DNA of 64,000 bases from an uncultured Leptospirales bacterium (lineage in GTDB: Bacteria > Spirochaetota > UBA4802 > UBA5550). A program made the translations under genes and the position numbers. This document shows, in pieces, positions 50,953 through 60,362 of the stretch. A model generated the notes under the pieces. The model saw nothing but the letters and a program-made list of their open reading frames with translations, had not been told where the DNA came from and did no database searches. The DNA lies in NCBI GenBank assembly GCA_964534225.1, contig CAZHNW010000002.1, positions 20,581-84,580 on the forward strand, given 5' to 3'. How positions within the stretch are numbered: position 1 is the stretch's first letter; each line of letters starts with the position of its first letter.

Positions 50953-51981
50953 CTACCGCATATATTTTTTAAGGGTGGTGAAATATTTATTCACGGTGAT
51001 GTTTTTTTTGAAATACTGTTTCTTTGTACGGTAAATCACACAACGGGCAAATCCTGACATGTTTTGATAGTGCATGGCTACGCGGTAGTTATCCTTTGTC
51101 CAGATGTATCCCCCCCAGTAGCCCTTCACATGCCTGCTGTAGGGGCCGAACTGCCTTTTCATCCTGGCAAGGAGCCGGCGTGTTTTCGAGGCAACAGTAC
51201 TCTTTGAGTGGTTCCCCAGCTTTACGGTCTCTTTGATAATAACAACTCTCCTGGTGACGGGATCAGCGATAAGTGTCGGGGGATTGGGGCCCGCATAGGA
51301 GTTGGAGCACATCATGACAATATATTTACTTCCAAAAACAGAAAGGTAGTCCTTTTCTCGTTTCTGGTCGGGATCGACTATTCCTGTTGCTTTTACTTTC
51401 TGTCTGAAGACCCTGCGTGCCTGGTCAATGGTCATTCCGAGATGAAACCCGGCGTGGCTGTTCCATGAATTACCTCCTGATGTGCGGCGGGATGAAGAGT
51501 CCCGCTGATTACGACGTGCATGCTTTTTGCCTTTTATGGTAAAGTAGTAATTGATGCGAAGGGTTCGCCTGCTGTTCTGGTCCCGGTGGTATACGATGGC
51601 ATGGTAGCGCCCTGGGCGTATGCTGCGGGAAAGGTTAATGTTCCACATGGCGTTATGGTACCACCTGAAGGTGGCGTTTCTCCGGCGCTGGTTTTTTCGG
51701 GCAGCATTAGCGTTGCGCCAGCCGAAATCCTTTAAAAGGCGGCGGCCTTTTTTTACAACAAGTTTTGTTCGAAAGGGGGCTCCTGTCCCCTGCCTTACCT
51801 TGAGGGGGCCGATCTTATAATAGAAATAGATTTTCTGCCCCTGTTTTACGGATGTGCCGATAGAGCGTGCCCTGGAGGCATTGTTTGTGTTTGTGATAAA
51901 TGATTTTAATAAACGAATGTTTTTCGCCTGCAGTGGGGTAACAAGAGTAAAGGCGAAAATGAAAATGAGTGTTTTTTTCAT
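50953..51981 (-). CDS. secreted, highly basic hypothetical protein, paralog A of a tandem pair
   Basis: Signal peptide MKKTLIFIFAFTLVTPLQA. First 150 aa about 75% identical to the upstream paralog, with about 85% nt identity at the 5' end. R/K-rich divergent C-terminus. Confidence 0.55.
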   Translation of the reverse strand: MKKTLIFIFAFTLVTPLQAKNIRLLKSFITNTNNASRARSIGTSVKQGQKIYFYYKIGPLKVRQGTGAPFRTKLVVKKGRRLLKDFGWRNANAARKNQRRRNATFRWYHNAMWNINLSRSIRPGRYHAIVYHRDQNSRRTLRINYYFTIKGKKHARRNQRDSSSRRTSGGNSWNSHAGFHLGMTIDQARRVFRQKVKATGIVDPDQKREKDYLSVFGSKYIVMMCSNSYAGPNPPTLIADPVTRRVVIIKETVKLGNHSKSTVASKTRRLLARMKRQFGPYSRHVKGYWGGYIWTKDNYRVAMHYQNMSGFARCVIYRTKKQYFKKNITVNKYFTTLKKYMR

Positions 51982-52003
51982 TGATGACCTCGCAGTTTTA
52001 AAT

Positions 52004-53488
52004 TTACTTCTGTTGCCATTTATAGAGATAGTTTACCATGTAGTATGAACCCGGGCCGGACCAGGCGGCATTAATGGTCATGTAATTGTAATATGAAACA
52101 GCGGTATTGTTGTTTACGTAGACTTTTCCTCCCGGTTTTGCCTTGATTGTTCCTTTAGGGTAACGTTTCCACCGGTATGGCTGCTTGAGAGTTGTTTGGC
52201 CGAGAACGTCTCTCCCGCCGTGATAAGAGGGCCGGGCAGAGTATTCAACACTGCATTTAAAAACCCCCGGTATTGTTTGATTCGGTTTTCCTTTTATTCC
52301 TGCTAATTTTCCGCGTGCATCCATTTTTATAACAGAGCCGGGTCGGTATTGTTTACGGGGCCTGTTCCAGGTCCACTTTTCGTGCCTGTATTTATGGCGT
52401 GGAGAACCCCTGTACCATTCACACTTTGTAACGATGCTGGAGCCTGATCGATTTACACGGCACCATCTTTTAACACGTTTTTTAACTGAAGTTTTCACGA
52501 AAACCCAGCGCCCCTTTGCGGCGGATTTTTTGTGAAGCGAAAGAAGAATGTTCCTGACTGCAAGCCGCCTGTGCGATGGCCCTTTATAGTTTTGACGGGA
52601 TGTGGAGGCAATGGCAGTGCGGCCCCGGTGGAGATCGAGGTTGCTGCGAGCACCTCCCGCGAGAAGTGCCTTGACCGTGTTGATGTGGCCGTAGCGGGCC
52701 GCAACGGAGAGAGGTGATGTTGCGGCGAGGCTTCTTCCCTTGATAACATTGGGGTTTGCCCCTGCACTGAGTAAAAGGCGTACAACACCGGTATGGCCGA
52801 ACCGGGAAGCGAGCCAGATGAGACTCTGGCCATAACGGTCTTTGAAATTGGCATTGGCCCCTTTGTCCAGGTAGTAACGTGCTTTCCTGGTATTGCCGGA
52901 TTTGGCTGCCCTGTACAGGCCCATGTTTATATTCGTTTTACTGTTTTTTGAGGTGTCTTCTTTGATAATGTCACTTATGGTGTTAATAATTTCTCCGGAT
53001 GTGCTGGATCGATGTTTCCCCCGCGAAGCTGATTCTCCTATTATTCTAAAAGTGTACCGTATGGCAATATTTTCTTCGGCATTCTGATCATAATGGTAGA
53101 TAAGGGCATTGTATCTGCCCGGGGCGAGTTTCCGTGAGAGTTTGATGTTCCAGCGGGCATTATGGTACCAGCCATAGGTCCTGTTCTGGCGTCTCTGGTG
53201 TGGCTTTACTGCATTAGCGCGTTGCCATCCGAAATCTTTAAGAACACGGTTTCCCTTTCTGATTATAAGTTTTGTCCTGTAAGGGGCTCCTTTTCCTTTA
53301 CGAACACGGAGGGGACCAATTTTATAATAGAAAAATATTTTTCTTCCCTGTTTTACGGATGTGCCGATAGGGTGTGCCCTGGAGGCATTGTTTGTGTTAG
53401 TAATGAATGACTTCAGTAAACGGATGTTTTTCGCCTGCAGTGGAGTAATAAGAGTAAAGGCGAAAATAAAGATGAGCATTTTTTTCAT
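52004..53488 (-). CDS. secreted, highly basic hypothetical protein with ankyrin repeats, paralog B of a tandem pair
   Basis: Same signal peptide and N-domain as paralog A. Central ankyrin repeats (GQSLIWLASRFGHTGVVRLLLSAGANPNV, TSPLSVAARYGHINTVKALLAGGA). R/K/Y-rich tail. Confidence 0.55.
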   Translation of the reverse strand: MKKMLIFIFAFTLITPLQAKNIRLLKSFITNTNNASRAHPIGTSVKQGRKIFFYYKIGPLRVRKGKGAPYRTKLIIRKGNRVLKDFGWQRANAVKPHQRRQNRTYGWYHNARWNIKLSRKLAPGRYNALIYHYDQNAEENIAIRYTFRIIGESASRGKHRSSTSGEIINTISDIIKEDTSKNSKTNINMGLYRAAKSGNTRKARYYLDKGANANFKDRYGQSLIWLASRFGHTGVVRLLLSAGANPNVIKGRSLAATSPLSVAARYGHINTVKALLAGGARSNLDLHRGRTAIASTSRQNYKGPSHRRLAVRNILLSLHKKSAAKGRWVFVKTSVKKRVKRWCRVNRSGSSIVTKCEWYRGSPRHKYRHEKWTWNRPRKQYRPGSVIKMDARGKLAGIKGKPNQTIPGVFKCSVEYSARPSYHGGRDVLGQTTLKQPYRWKRYPKGTIKAKPGGKVYVNNNTAVSYYNYMTINAAWSGPGSYYMVNYLYKWQQK

Positions 53489-53631
53489 TTATTCCTCCGG
53501 GTGTCGTTTAACAGATGTTTTTAGACGTTAAACAAAAAAATTTTCTGCAGGCAAGGAGTTTTTCTAAAAAAAAAGATATGGGTTGTTTTACAGGAAGTGT
53601 AGGGACGGGAATGGTGGTATAATCATTTTAA

Positions 53632-53672
53632 CCTGCAATAATGACGTGTAGAGTTTTTGTCATTATTGCAGG
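53632..53672 (-). terminator. stem-loop terminator downstream of the membrane-protein gene
   Basis: 14-bp perfect inverted repeat CCTGCAATAATGAC-(13 nt)-GTCATTATTGCAGG. Confidence 0.45.
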
Positions 53673-53679
53673 GTCAAGT

Positions 53680-54861
53680 TTATTGAAGCTCGGCTGCAGG
53701 CTGTGCAGAGATACAGGACATTCTCTCTTTTTTCCCCATAACTTCGCTGCAGAGAAGGTGTCTTTTAAACAGCATACCAAAAATACTTACAGATGTAATC
53801 ATCGCGGCTATGTTGACAGCCATTGAAACAGGGCTCTGCACCGTTACCCCGTAAAAGAAGGAACCAAGAACAGCAAAGGCGACAAAGGGACAGACAAAAC
53901 CCCACTGTGAAATATAAAATTCTTTTTTGAAAAAGTCTTTTTTCAGGTAATCCTTTAAGAGGGCGATACCGAAGATCAGGTACCAGACTTCGAAGGCATA
54001 GCCAGTAACGATAGAAATCTGGTTAAAGGTATGCATATGCGCCCCGAACTGGTGTTCCATGTAGTGGCCGAGGCGGAAAATGGAAATGGCATAGAGGGTC
54101 AGGTTCGGCACCACGATGAGAAAACTGGGGAGAAACTGTTTTTCTGGCAGCCCTTCGGCGGCAAAGTGACTTTTGAAAATGGTGATGAGTTTAACTGTCA
54201 AAAGGAAAAATCCCATGGTACCTGAGACCAGTGACATGAAGGCCGCGGTATGGGCAATGCTGGCGTTTTTTGCCATGGCGGCAATGCCTGTACCGGTCAC
54301 GGTGAGCATGCCGAGGGTAAAGGGATGAAGGAGCCATCCGAAGCTGATTTTACTGACATCAAAATTATTCGTAAAAGAAATTTTAAGAAGCCTGATTTCC
54401 ATGCTAAGGATTAAGAACCAGAGGATGCCCCATCCCGCCAGTGCAGGGGCCATCATGCTTTGCAGGTTTGATGAAAGCACCGGGAAGAAGAAGCGAATGG
54501 GACCGATGAAAACATTCATGGTCATGGTCAGGGAAAGAAAGGGGGTCAGTATACCTGCGTTTTTAAGGGGATCATTGATAAAGCCGGTGTATTCCGGTTG
54601 CCTGATCCATGCAAAGAGACGGCGCAGGAAAACAGCTGTTAAAACAAAATGGATTATGACAAAAAGTACCATAATCCCTTCAAGTGAATAATAGAATATT
54701 TCTTTTGAAAGGGGAAGTGAGCCGTGCCCGAGAAAGGAACGGGTAACCAGGCCCTTGAAACCAGTCAGTGAGGACTTCAGAAAAGCAAAGGGCAAGACTG
54801 CAATACCCCCGGCCCCAAGTGAGGCCAGAAAGATCAGGGGAGAAAAGTTTTCATTTTTCAT
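53680..54861 (-). CDS. polytopic integral membrane protein (about 10 TM), possibly a TDT (TehA/Mae1-type) transporter
   Basis: 393 aa, 10 or more hydrophobic helices. Family assignment is a guess from size and topology only. Confidence 0.4.
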   Translation of the reverse strand: MKNENFSPLIFLASLGAGGIAVLPFAFLKSSLTGFKGLVTRSFLGHGSLPLSKEIFYYSLEGIMVLFVIIHFVLTAVFLRRLFAWIRQPEYTGFINDPLKNAGILTPFLSLTMTMNVFIGPIRFFFPVLSSNLQSMMAPALAGWGILWFLILSMEIRLLKISFTNNFDVSKISFGWLLHPFTLGMLTVTGTGIAAMAKNASIAHTAAFMSLVSGTMGFFLLTVKLITIFKSHFAAEGLPEKQFLPSFLIVVPNLTLYAISIFRLGHYMEHQFGAHMHTFNQISIVTGYAFEVWYLIFGIALLKDYLKKDFFKKEFYISQWGFVCPFVAFAVLGSFFYGVTVQSPVSMAVNIAAMITSVSIFGMLFKRHLLCSEVMGKKERMSCISAQPAAELQ

Positions 54862-55232
54862 AGTACTACCTCGTATAGCATACCGTTTCAGACGGCAAAA
54901 ATGTGGATTGATGTAATTATAACGGTAATAATTTTTTGAAATTAAATCATTTTATTGAATTCTAAAATACTAAATTTAATTGTTACTGTCAAATATTTTT
55001 GCCGGCAAATAGAATTTTTTTGATTTTTTTTTCAGGAAGTTTTTTCACTTTTAACTTCCCCCTGCATGTGCAAGGGCCTCTACTCTCTTCTGACCATGAT
55101 TCTACGGGCAGGTTATAGTTAAAAAGTACTGGATTTTTGTAAGAATATGATGCTGTTTTATGTACCTCTACCTGAATGTTCCGGGCAGGGGGAGGGGATC
55201 TGTTCATGATTTTTAACTGAGAGGTACCTGTT

Positions 55233-55700
55233 GTGAAAGCTCCTGTAAAGTATACCGGTATTGTTTTTCTTGTTTTTGTTGCTGCCCTGGCTGCCGCCTA
55301 TGCGTGGATCAATTATGATGCCACGAAACTTCCTGCTAATAATCCTGAAAAATTTGCCAGGGAAAAACGGGTATCACAGAAAGGCAGAAGGGTTGTCGTC
55401 TGCGCAGGAGACAGCATCACCCATGGCAGGGTAAGTATAAATTATGTTGACATACTTGAAAAACGTTTTTCATCGCGGGAGTATATATTTATTAACGCTG
55501 GCATAAATTCAGAACGTGCATGGAATCTGAAAAACCGGCTGGATGCCATTGCTGCATGTCATCCCGACATTATTTCCTTTTTTTTCAGGCAATCATGATT
55601 CCTGGATAACCATAAGTGTTGCACTGCTGCGTGATATTTCCTTTCCTTTGTCATCGCGAAGTGTGGTGTCAACGATGATGAGGCGGCGTCCCCTTTTGTA
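55233..55700 (+). pseudogene. SGNH/GDSL-hydrolase remnant: frameshift at a T8 tract and loss of the C-terminal catalytic half
   Basis: GTG start. Block I CAGDSITHG. After the T8 run (55578-55585) the +1 frame continues with SGNHDSW (the GxND block III) and then terminates near 55700. The catalytic DxxH region is missing and the 3' part overlaps the thioesterase gene on the opposite strand. Confidence 0.5.
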
Positions 55701-56015
55701 GACTGTTGCTTCAGCGATGAGGGACCCTTTTGAAGCCATGGAGAGAAAATTATTTTTCAGTTCAATGGTGGTGATGTTTTCTCCCGGGGCGAGTGTGGTC
55801 ATTACCGCGTGCGCCGCTGCCTCGCTTGAAAAGGCGATAGCGAGGCCCCCCTGCATGATGCCGGCCCCCTGGAGAAACTCCGGGCGAATTGCCATGCTGA
55901 ACCGGGCGTATCCCTCTTTTAATTCTTCGAGATGCATCCCGAGGAAATAGAGAAAGGGATTATCCACTTTCTCTCCGCTTGAGAGTTTTTCTAAATAGGC
56001 CTTGTAGTCATACAT
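55593..56015 (-). CDS. PaaI-family hotdog-fold thioesterase
   Basis: 140 aa. Hotdog-fold profile NPFLYFLGMHLEE...GIMQGGLAIAFSSEAAAHAV. Confidence 0.75.
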   Translation of the reverse strand: MYDYKAYLEKLSSGEKVDNPFLYFLGMHLEELKEGYARFSMAIRPEFLQGAGIMQGGLAIAFSSEAAAHAVMTTLAPGENITTIELKNNFLSMASKGSLIAEATVYKRGRRLIIVDTTLRDDKGKEISRSSATLMVIQES

Positions 56016-56061
56016 CTTTTATCTCCTTTATTGCCGCATGGCAGCAGGCTTTGCGGGTACT

Positions 56062-56439
56062 TTACCCTGAATATTTACAATAGATAATTAACTGGATAAT
56101 ACCCGCAATGAGAGAGACAAAGGCAAGGCCCGCGAGGAGAATCAGCATCAGCATATGGAAGGCAGAGAGATTGCTGTCCGGGAATGTTTCATCGTGGTGT
56201 TTGGTCAGTGCAGAAAAAGTGAAATCCCTGATACGTTTTTTATCTCTCCCGCGGGAGAGAACTCGGGACATTTTCCAGTAGATTCGCAGCCGTATTATTA
56301 TCAGTAGAAGAATAAAAAGGACCAGTACCCCCAGGGAGGAGATCCAGTATGCCTTTGCGTTTTCTTTCAGTATCTCAACAATTTCCGCAGCGCTCTGGAT
56401 ATCACCGGCGATACCTATTATTTCAAGTAAGAATTTCAT
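56062..56439 (-). CDS. hypothetical small membrane protein (2-3 TM)
   Basis: 125 aa, hydrophobic helices. No recognised family. Confidence 0.3.
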   Translation of the reverse strand: MKFLLEIIGIAGDIQSAAEIVEILKENAKAYWISSLGVLVLFILLLIIIRLRIYWKMSRVLSRGRDKKRIRDFTFSALTKHHDETFPDSNLSAFHMLMLILLAGLAFVSLIAGIIQLIIYCKYSG

Positions 56440-56853
56440 AGTGTTAACGTGATGTAAAATGATTCATCTGAAAAAGTCAGATGGTTATTTCAGAATGAAG
56501 AGGGTGACAATTACGGGATGTTCTGTCAATTCTTTCACCGGGGAGACTGAGAAAATGTTGTATCATTCAACACTTGATTTCAATTTTTGGGTGGTAACCG
56601 CTTTATTCAATGGGAGCACAAAACCGGTTGTATGAATTTTTACAAAGTCTTTATGGGAGAAGTCTGGTTATCTGTAACTGTTTCTCTTTATTGAAATCAA
56701 TAAAAGGGTGCACATGCATTGACAAAAAAATCAATGAATATAGGATTTGCCTGTTTTAATAAAATTTGAAAAAAGGCCGCCTCAAAACAAGGTTCCCACC
56801 TTTCTGGAAGGTGGATATTTACTTTAAATTTTATTGCGAGAGTTTTACATACA

Positions 56854-57339
56854 ATGCAAATAGAAAAGATCGAAAACTACATCAGGGAAATCCTGTCTGT
56901 TCCACCGTATGTTCCTGTTAATGTCACCGAAAACGGCAGTGTGCATCGTTCAAACTGCGAGAGTGAACTCTTAGAAACAGAAAGTTCCCTGTCAACCCGT
57001 ATCACTGTCTCAGAAGGGAAGACCGCATCTGTCTTTACCCTGGAAAAACCTCTGAGTGAAATCAACAGGGAAGATATTCTTTCCCTTAAAGAGGCCCTGG
57101 ATGATGAAGTCTCTGGAAGCAGTTTTCTGAAAAGGGGGCTTGTAAGGCTTTTTGGCTGGTGGGTCATCTTTGCCGGCTCCCTCACACTTTTTAGTGTATG
57201 CCCTGTTTGTGGAAACATGGGGTGCCCTGTCGGCCTTGGTATTACAGGTATTGTCGCAGGCATGCTTGCCTTTTTTAAACAGTATGGGCGTTATCTTCTG
57301 TCCAGGATTTCCGGGATTTTTTTTAGAACGAAAGAGTAA
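56854..57339 (+). CDS. hypothetical protein with C-terminal TM hairpin carrying CPVCGNMGCPVG
   Basis: 161 aa. Hairpin CCACCTT-tctgg-AAGGTGG at about 56797-56815 just upstream of the start. Confidence 0.3.
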   Translation: MQIEKIENYIREILSVPPYVPVNVTENGSVHRSNCESELLETESSLSTRITVSEGKTASVFTLEKPLSEINREDILSLKEALDDEVSGSSFLKRGLVRLFGWWVIFAGSLTLFSVCPVCGNMGCPVGLGITGIVAGMLAFFKQYGRYLLSRISGIFFRTKE

Positions 57340-57475
57340 AAACGTTTTTTCACGCTATACAAAGTCCTCACGGCTGTTTTTTCAGATATTCAGGTAAAAC
57401 AGTGATTAAGTATTTGACAGAGTTTTTGCTGTCTGTAAAATGTACCGAACGGTCAGTATTCAAAGGGAAGGGTCA

Positions 57476-58075
57476 ATGGAAAAACGGAAGGGCGCAATAA
57501 CACGTGAGCATGTTCTTGAATCGGCCATGAACCTCATCAATACAAAGGGGTACGGGGCAACCAGTATCAATGATATTATCGAGATTTCAGGCGTAAAGAA
57601 GGGGAACCTCTATTTTCATTTTTCTAATAAAGAGGAACTTGTTTATGCAATGATCGAAAAGGCCCGCGATGATTATAATAATTTTTTGCGGTCCCGGGTC
57701 AAGGGTGAGACCTCCCTGCAAAAGCTCTACAGTATTTTTGATTCTATCTTCAGGTTTCATCGGGCCCGTAAATTTGAGGGGGGGTGCATTTTTGGAAATA
57801 TAGCCCTCGAGATGGGTGATGAAAATCCCCGGTTCGCCCGCCTTATTAAAGATATTTTTGATGAATGGGCTGAAATGTTCCTTCCCCTGATTCGGGCGGG
57901 CCAAAAGGAGGGAAGTATCAGGGGTGACATCGGTGCGGATTTTCTGGCGCGTCATATTGTTGCGGCCCTCGAAGGGGGGGTTATGCTGACACGCCTCAGT
58001 AAAAGACCCGCTGATTTCAGGAACTGTATCGATTCTCTCAGGCTGCTCATGGAGGCCGGCAATGATAGATCGTGA
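57476..58075 (+). CDS. TetR-family transcriptional regulator
   Basis: ATG at 57476 with AAGGGAAGGG SD. N-terminal HTH TREHVLESAMNLINTKGYGATSINDIIEISGVKKGNLYFHF. Two G7 tracts within the CDS (57778-57784, 57974-57980). Confidence 0.8.
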   Translation: MEKRKGAITREHVLESAMNLINTKGYGATSINDIIEISGVKKGNLYFHFSNKEELVYAMIEKARDDYNNFLRSRVKGETSLQKLYSIFDSIFRFHRARKFEGGCIFGNIALEMGDENPRFARLIKDIFDEWAEMFLPLIRAGQKEGSIRGDIGADFLARHIVAALEGGVMLTRLSKRPADFRNCIDSLRLLMEAGNDRS

Positions 58076-59189
58076 CCAGGTGAGGGTGGTGGCCGCGGAG
58101 GGCGGCTTTGGGGATGTCGGTTTTACCACTGCCGATCCCTTTGATGACCAGCGGGAACGCCTCGAGGCAATGTGCGATGAATACGCATGGGCAGAAAATT
58201 CAGGCCTGGACCTCAGGTCTGGAACCGACCCTTCTTCTATCCTGCCGGGGGCTAAAAGTATTATTGTTTTGATGGAAGTCTATTTCGCCAGGTCTTTTCC
58301 CCGAAGGCTGGAAAAACATTTTGGGCGCTGTTATCTCGATGATGACCGCGTGACCAGGGACGGCCTGGCGGTAAGGATAAAAAAATTCAGAAGTTTTCTG
58401 CGCGATAATGGCATCGATTCAAAGGTCCCCTTTAACCTGCCTCACCGGGTTGCCGCTGCACGGGCGGGACTCGGTGATTTCGGAAAGAACTGTCTCTTTT
58501 ATTCTAATTCAGTGGCGGGGAAGTCGAGCTGGGTACTGCCCGTTACCATCGTGACTGACCATGAATTTCTCCCTGATGAACCCACCGGCGGCATCGGGTG
58601 CCCGGACTGGTGCCGCAATGCCTGTGTCGCCGCCTGCCCCACCAGGGCCCTCAAGGGGAATGGCACCATTGATCCCCGCAGGTGTATTTCGTACATGACC
58701 TATTACGGGGAAGTTATTACTCCCAGGGAACTGCGTGAGCCCATGGGGCTCTATGTCTATGGTTGCGACCGCTGCCAGGATGTCTGCCCGCGCAACGCCC
58801 CCTGGCTTGCTGAAAATCTTCCGTTAAATGAAAAAGTCGTGGCAAAGGAAGAGGACCTTGATCTTGAAAAACTCCTCCTCATGGATAAGGATTACTTTCT
58901 TGCAAAGGTCTGGCCGCAGATGTTTTACATGGGCCCTGACCATATCTGGAAATGGAAAATGAATGTTGCCCGTGTCATGGGAAACAGCGGCAATGGGAAG
59001 TATCTTCCTGCCTTGAAAAAAGCCTTTCCAGAATGTGAAGACCCCCGTGCACGGGGAATGATTGCCTGGGCCCTGGGACGCATCGGGGGCGGTGACGCGA
59101 AGAGTTTTCTTGAAGAGATGAAAAAAGTGACGCCGCAGAATGAAGTCATTGTCCATGAAGAGATAGAAGAGGCGTTGAAGATGTTGTAA
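58062..59189 (+). CDS. queG: epoxyqueuosine reductase
   Basis: 375 aa. Two 4Fe-4S Cys motifs (CPDWCRNACVAACP, CISYMT...GCDRCQDVCPRN), C-terminal HEAT-like repeats. Start overlaps the TetR gene by 14 nt. Confidence 0.8.
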   Translation: MIDRDQVRVVAAEGGFGDVGFTTADPFDDQRERLEAMCDEYAWAENSGLDLRSGTDPSSILPGAKSIIVLMEVYFARSFPRRLEKHFGRCYLDDDRVTRDGLAVRIKKFRSFLRDNGIDSKVPFNLPHRVAAARAGLGDFGKNCLFYSNSVAGKSSWVLPVTIVTDHEFLPDEPTGGIGCPDWCRNACVAACPTRALKGNGTIDPRRCISYMTYYGEVITPRELREPMGLYVYGCDRCQDVCPRNAPWLAENLPLNEKVVAKEEDLDLEKLLLMDKDYFLAKVWPQMFYMGPDHIWKWKMNVARVMGNSGNGKYLPALKKAFPECEDPRARGMIAWALGRIGGGDAKSFLEEMKKVTPQNEVIVHEEIEEALKML

Positions 59190-59381
59190 ACTTCCTGCAT
59201 GATTTTTATAATTACAGGACCTGAAAGAATATACGGTTACCCGCCTGGAAATATTTTTTAGGATAAAAAAATTACCCTCTTTCCGTAGATTGCTCCTGCC
59301 ACTTTAATTTGAACCCGCACCGATTGTCCCGTATTATTTAAGAAGATATTGTTTTGAACCCGTATGTAGATTCCAGGAGGA

Positions 59382-60359
59382 TTGTTTATGAGAAATTTTC
59401 GTACTATATGCCTGTATGTTTTTTTTGTCATGCTTCTATGCTCAGCCTGTGGTGACAGTGGCAGCGGTGGAGGAGGCCTTGGTTCTGGCATGTTTGTTGC
59501 TGTCGGTGAAGGGGCTGTTGTGACATCACGGGACGGGGGCGTGACATGGGAGCGCAGCGCACCCTGCCAGGCCGATGAGCTCTACGAGATTGTCTACGGC
59601 AACGGTATTTACCTGGCCACGGGGGCTGACTACGATGCGACGGGCTTCAGGGCATGGTATTCATCTGACGGGACCAACTGGCTTGAGACTTATCCATCCA
59701 TTTCACAGCTGGGAACGAGCATGTACGGAAACGGCATGTTTATCGTGGTTCACAGCGGTTCGGGAGCGATGCAGACATCAACGGACTGTGTGACCTGGAC
59801 CTCTCCGGTTACAAAATTTGCGGGCATGGAACCGGTTGACGGTATCTGTGTGAACGGCACCTTTTACCTGGTCTGTGCTGATGAAACAACCGGTGACCTC
59901 ACCGTATTCACCTCCACCGATGCTGACACATGGACGCAGCATGATGTTCCGGCCATCCAGGTTGTTCTCGGGGGGATGTGTTACGGCAACGGCTATTTTA
60001 TCCTGGTGGTATCAGATGGCAATATTTACCGCTCAACCAATGGCACGGACTGGAGCGGGAACCTGGGCCCTGGTGCCAATATTTATTTTAATAATGTCAC
60101 CTGCGGGGACGGCACCTTTGTTGCCTCCGGTCCTGATGCAAAAATTTACATCTCCACTGACAATGGAGCGACATGGGACCAGACGACCCCTAATAATCTC
60201 CCCGGTATACAGGGTGGCGCCTATGGCGCGGGAAAGTTCGTCCTCGTCGGGGGAGGGCTTGATGTCTGGACATCATCAACAGGTGAACTGGGGACATGGT
60301 CAAAGGTCTTTGATCCTGCAACATCTGATTATCTCTATGAGGTGGTCTATGTGGAGTAG
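59382..60359 (+). CDS. lipoprotein with repeated BNR/Ycf48-like beta-propeller blades
   Basis: Lipobox LLCSACG. About 6 repeats of the pattern S/T-x-D-G-(G/T)-x-W (TSRDGGVTWER, YSSDGTNWLE, TSTDADTWTQ, STDNGATWDQ). Confidence 0.5.
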   Translation: MFMRNFRTICLYVFFVMLLCSACGDSGSGGGGLGSGMFVAVGEGAVVTSRDGGVTWERSAPCQADELYEIVYGNGIYLATGADYDATGFRAWYSSDGTNWLETYPSISQLGTSMYGNGMFIVVHSGSGAMQTSTDCVTWTSPVTKFAGMEPVDGICVNGTFYLVCADETTGDLTVFTSTDADTWTQHDVPAIQVVLGGMCYGNGYFILVVSDGNIYRSTNGTDWSGNLGPGANIYFNNVTCGDGTFVASGPDAKIYISTDNGATWDQTTPNNLPGIQGGAYGAGKFVLVGGGLDVWTSSTGELGTWSKVFDPATSDYLYEVVYVE

Positions 60360-60362
60360 GGA

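Noticed and set aside
54989-55207. 72-aa minus-strand ORF in the spacer before the SGNH remnant
   Set aside because: No SD, proline/lysine-rich low complexity. Likely non-coding.
56718-56750. Third copy of the repeat core (exact 15-mer ATTGACAAAAAAATC)
   Set aside because: A-rich 15-mer matches are expected by chance a few times in 64 kb. Kept only as a note under the repeat finding.
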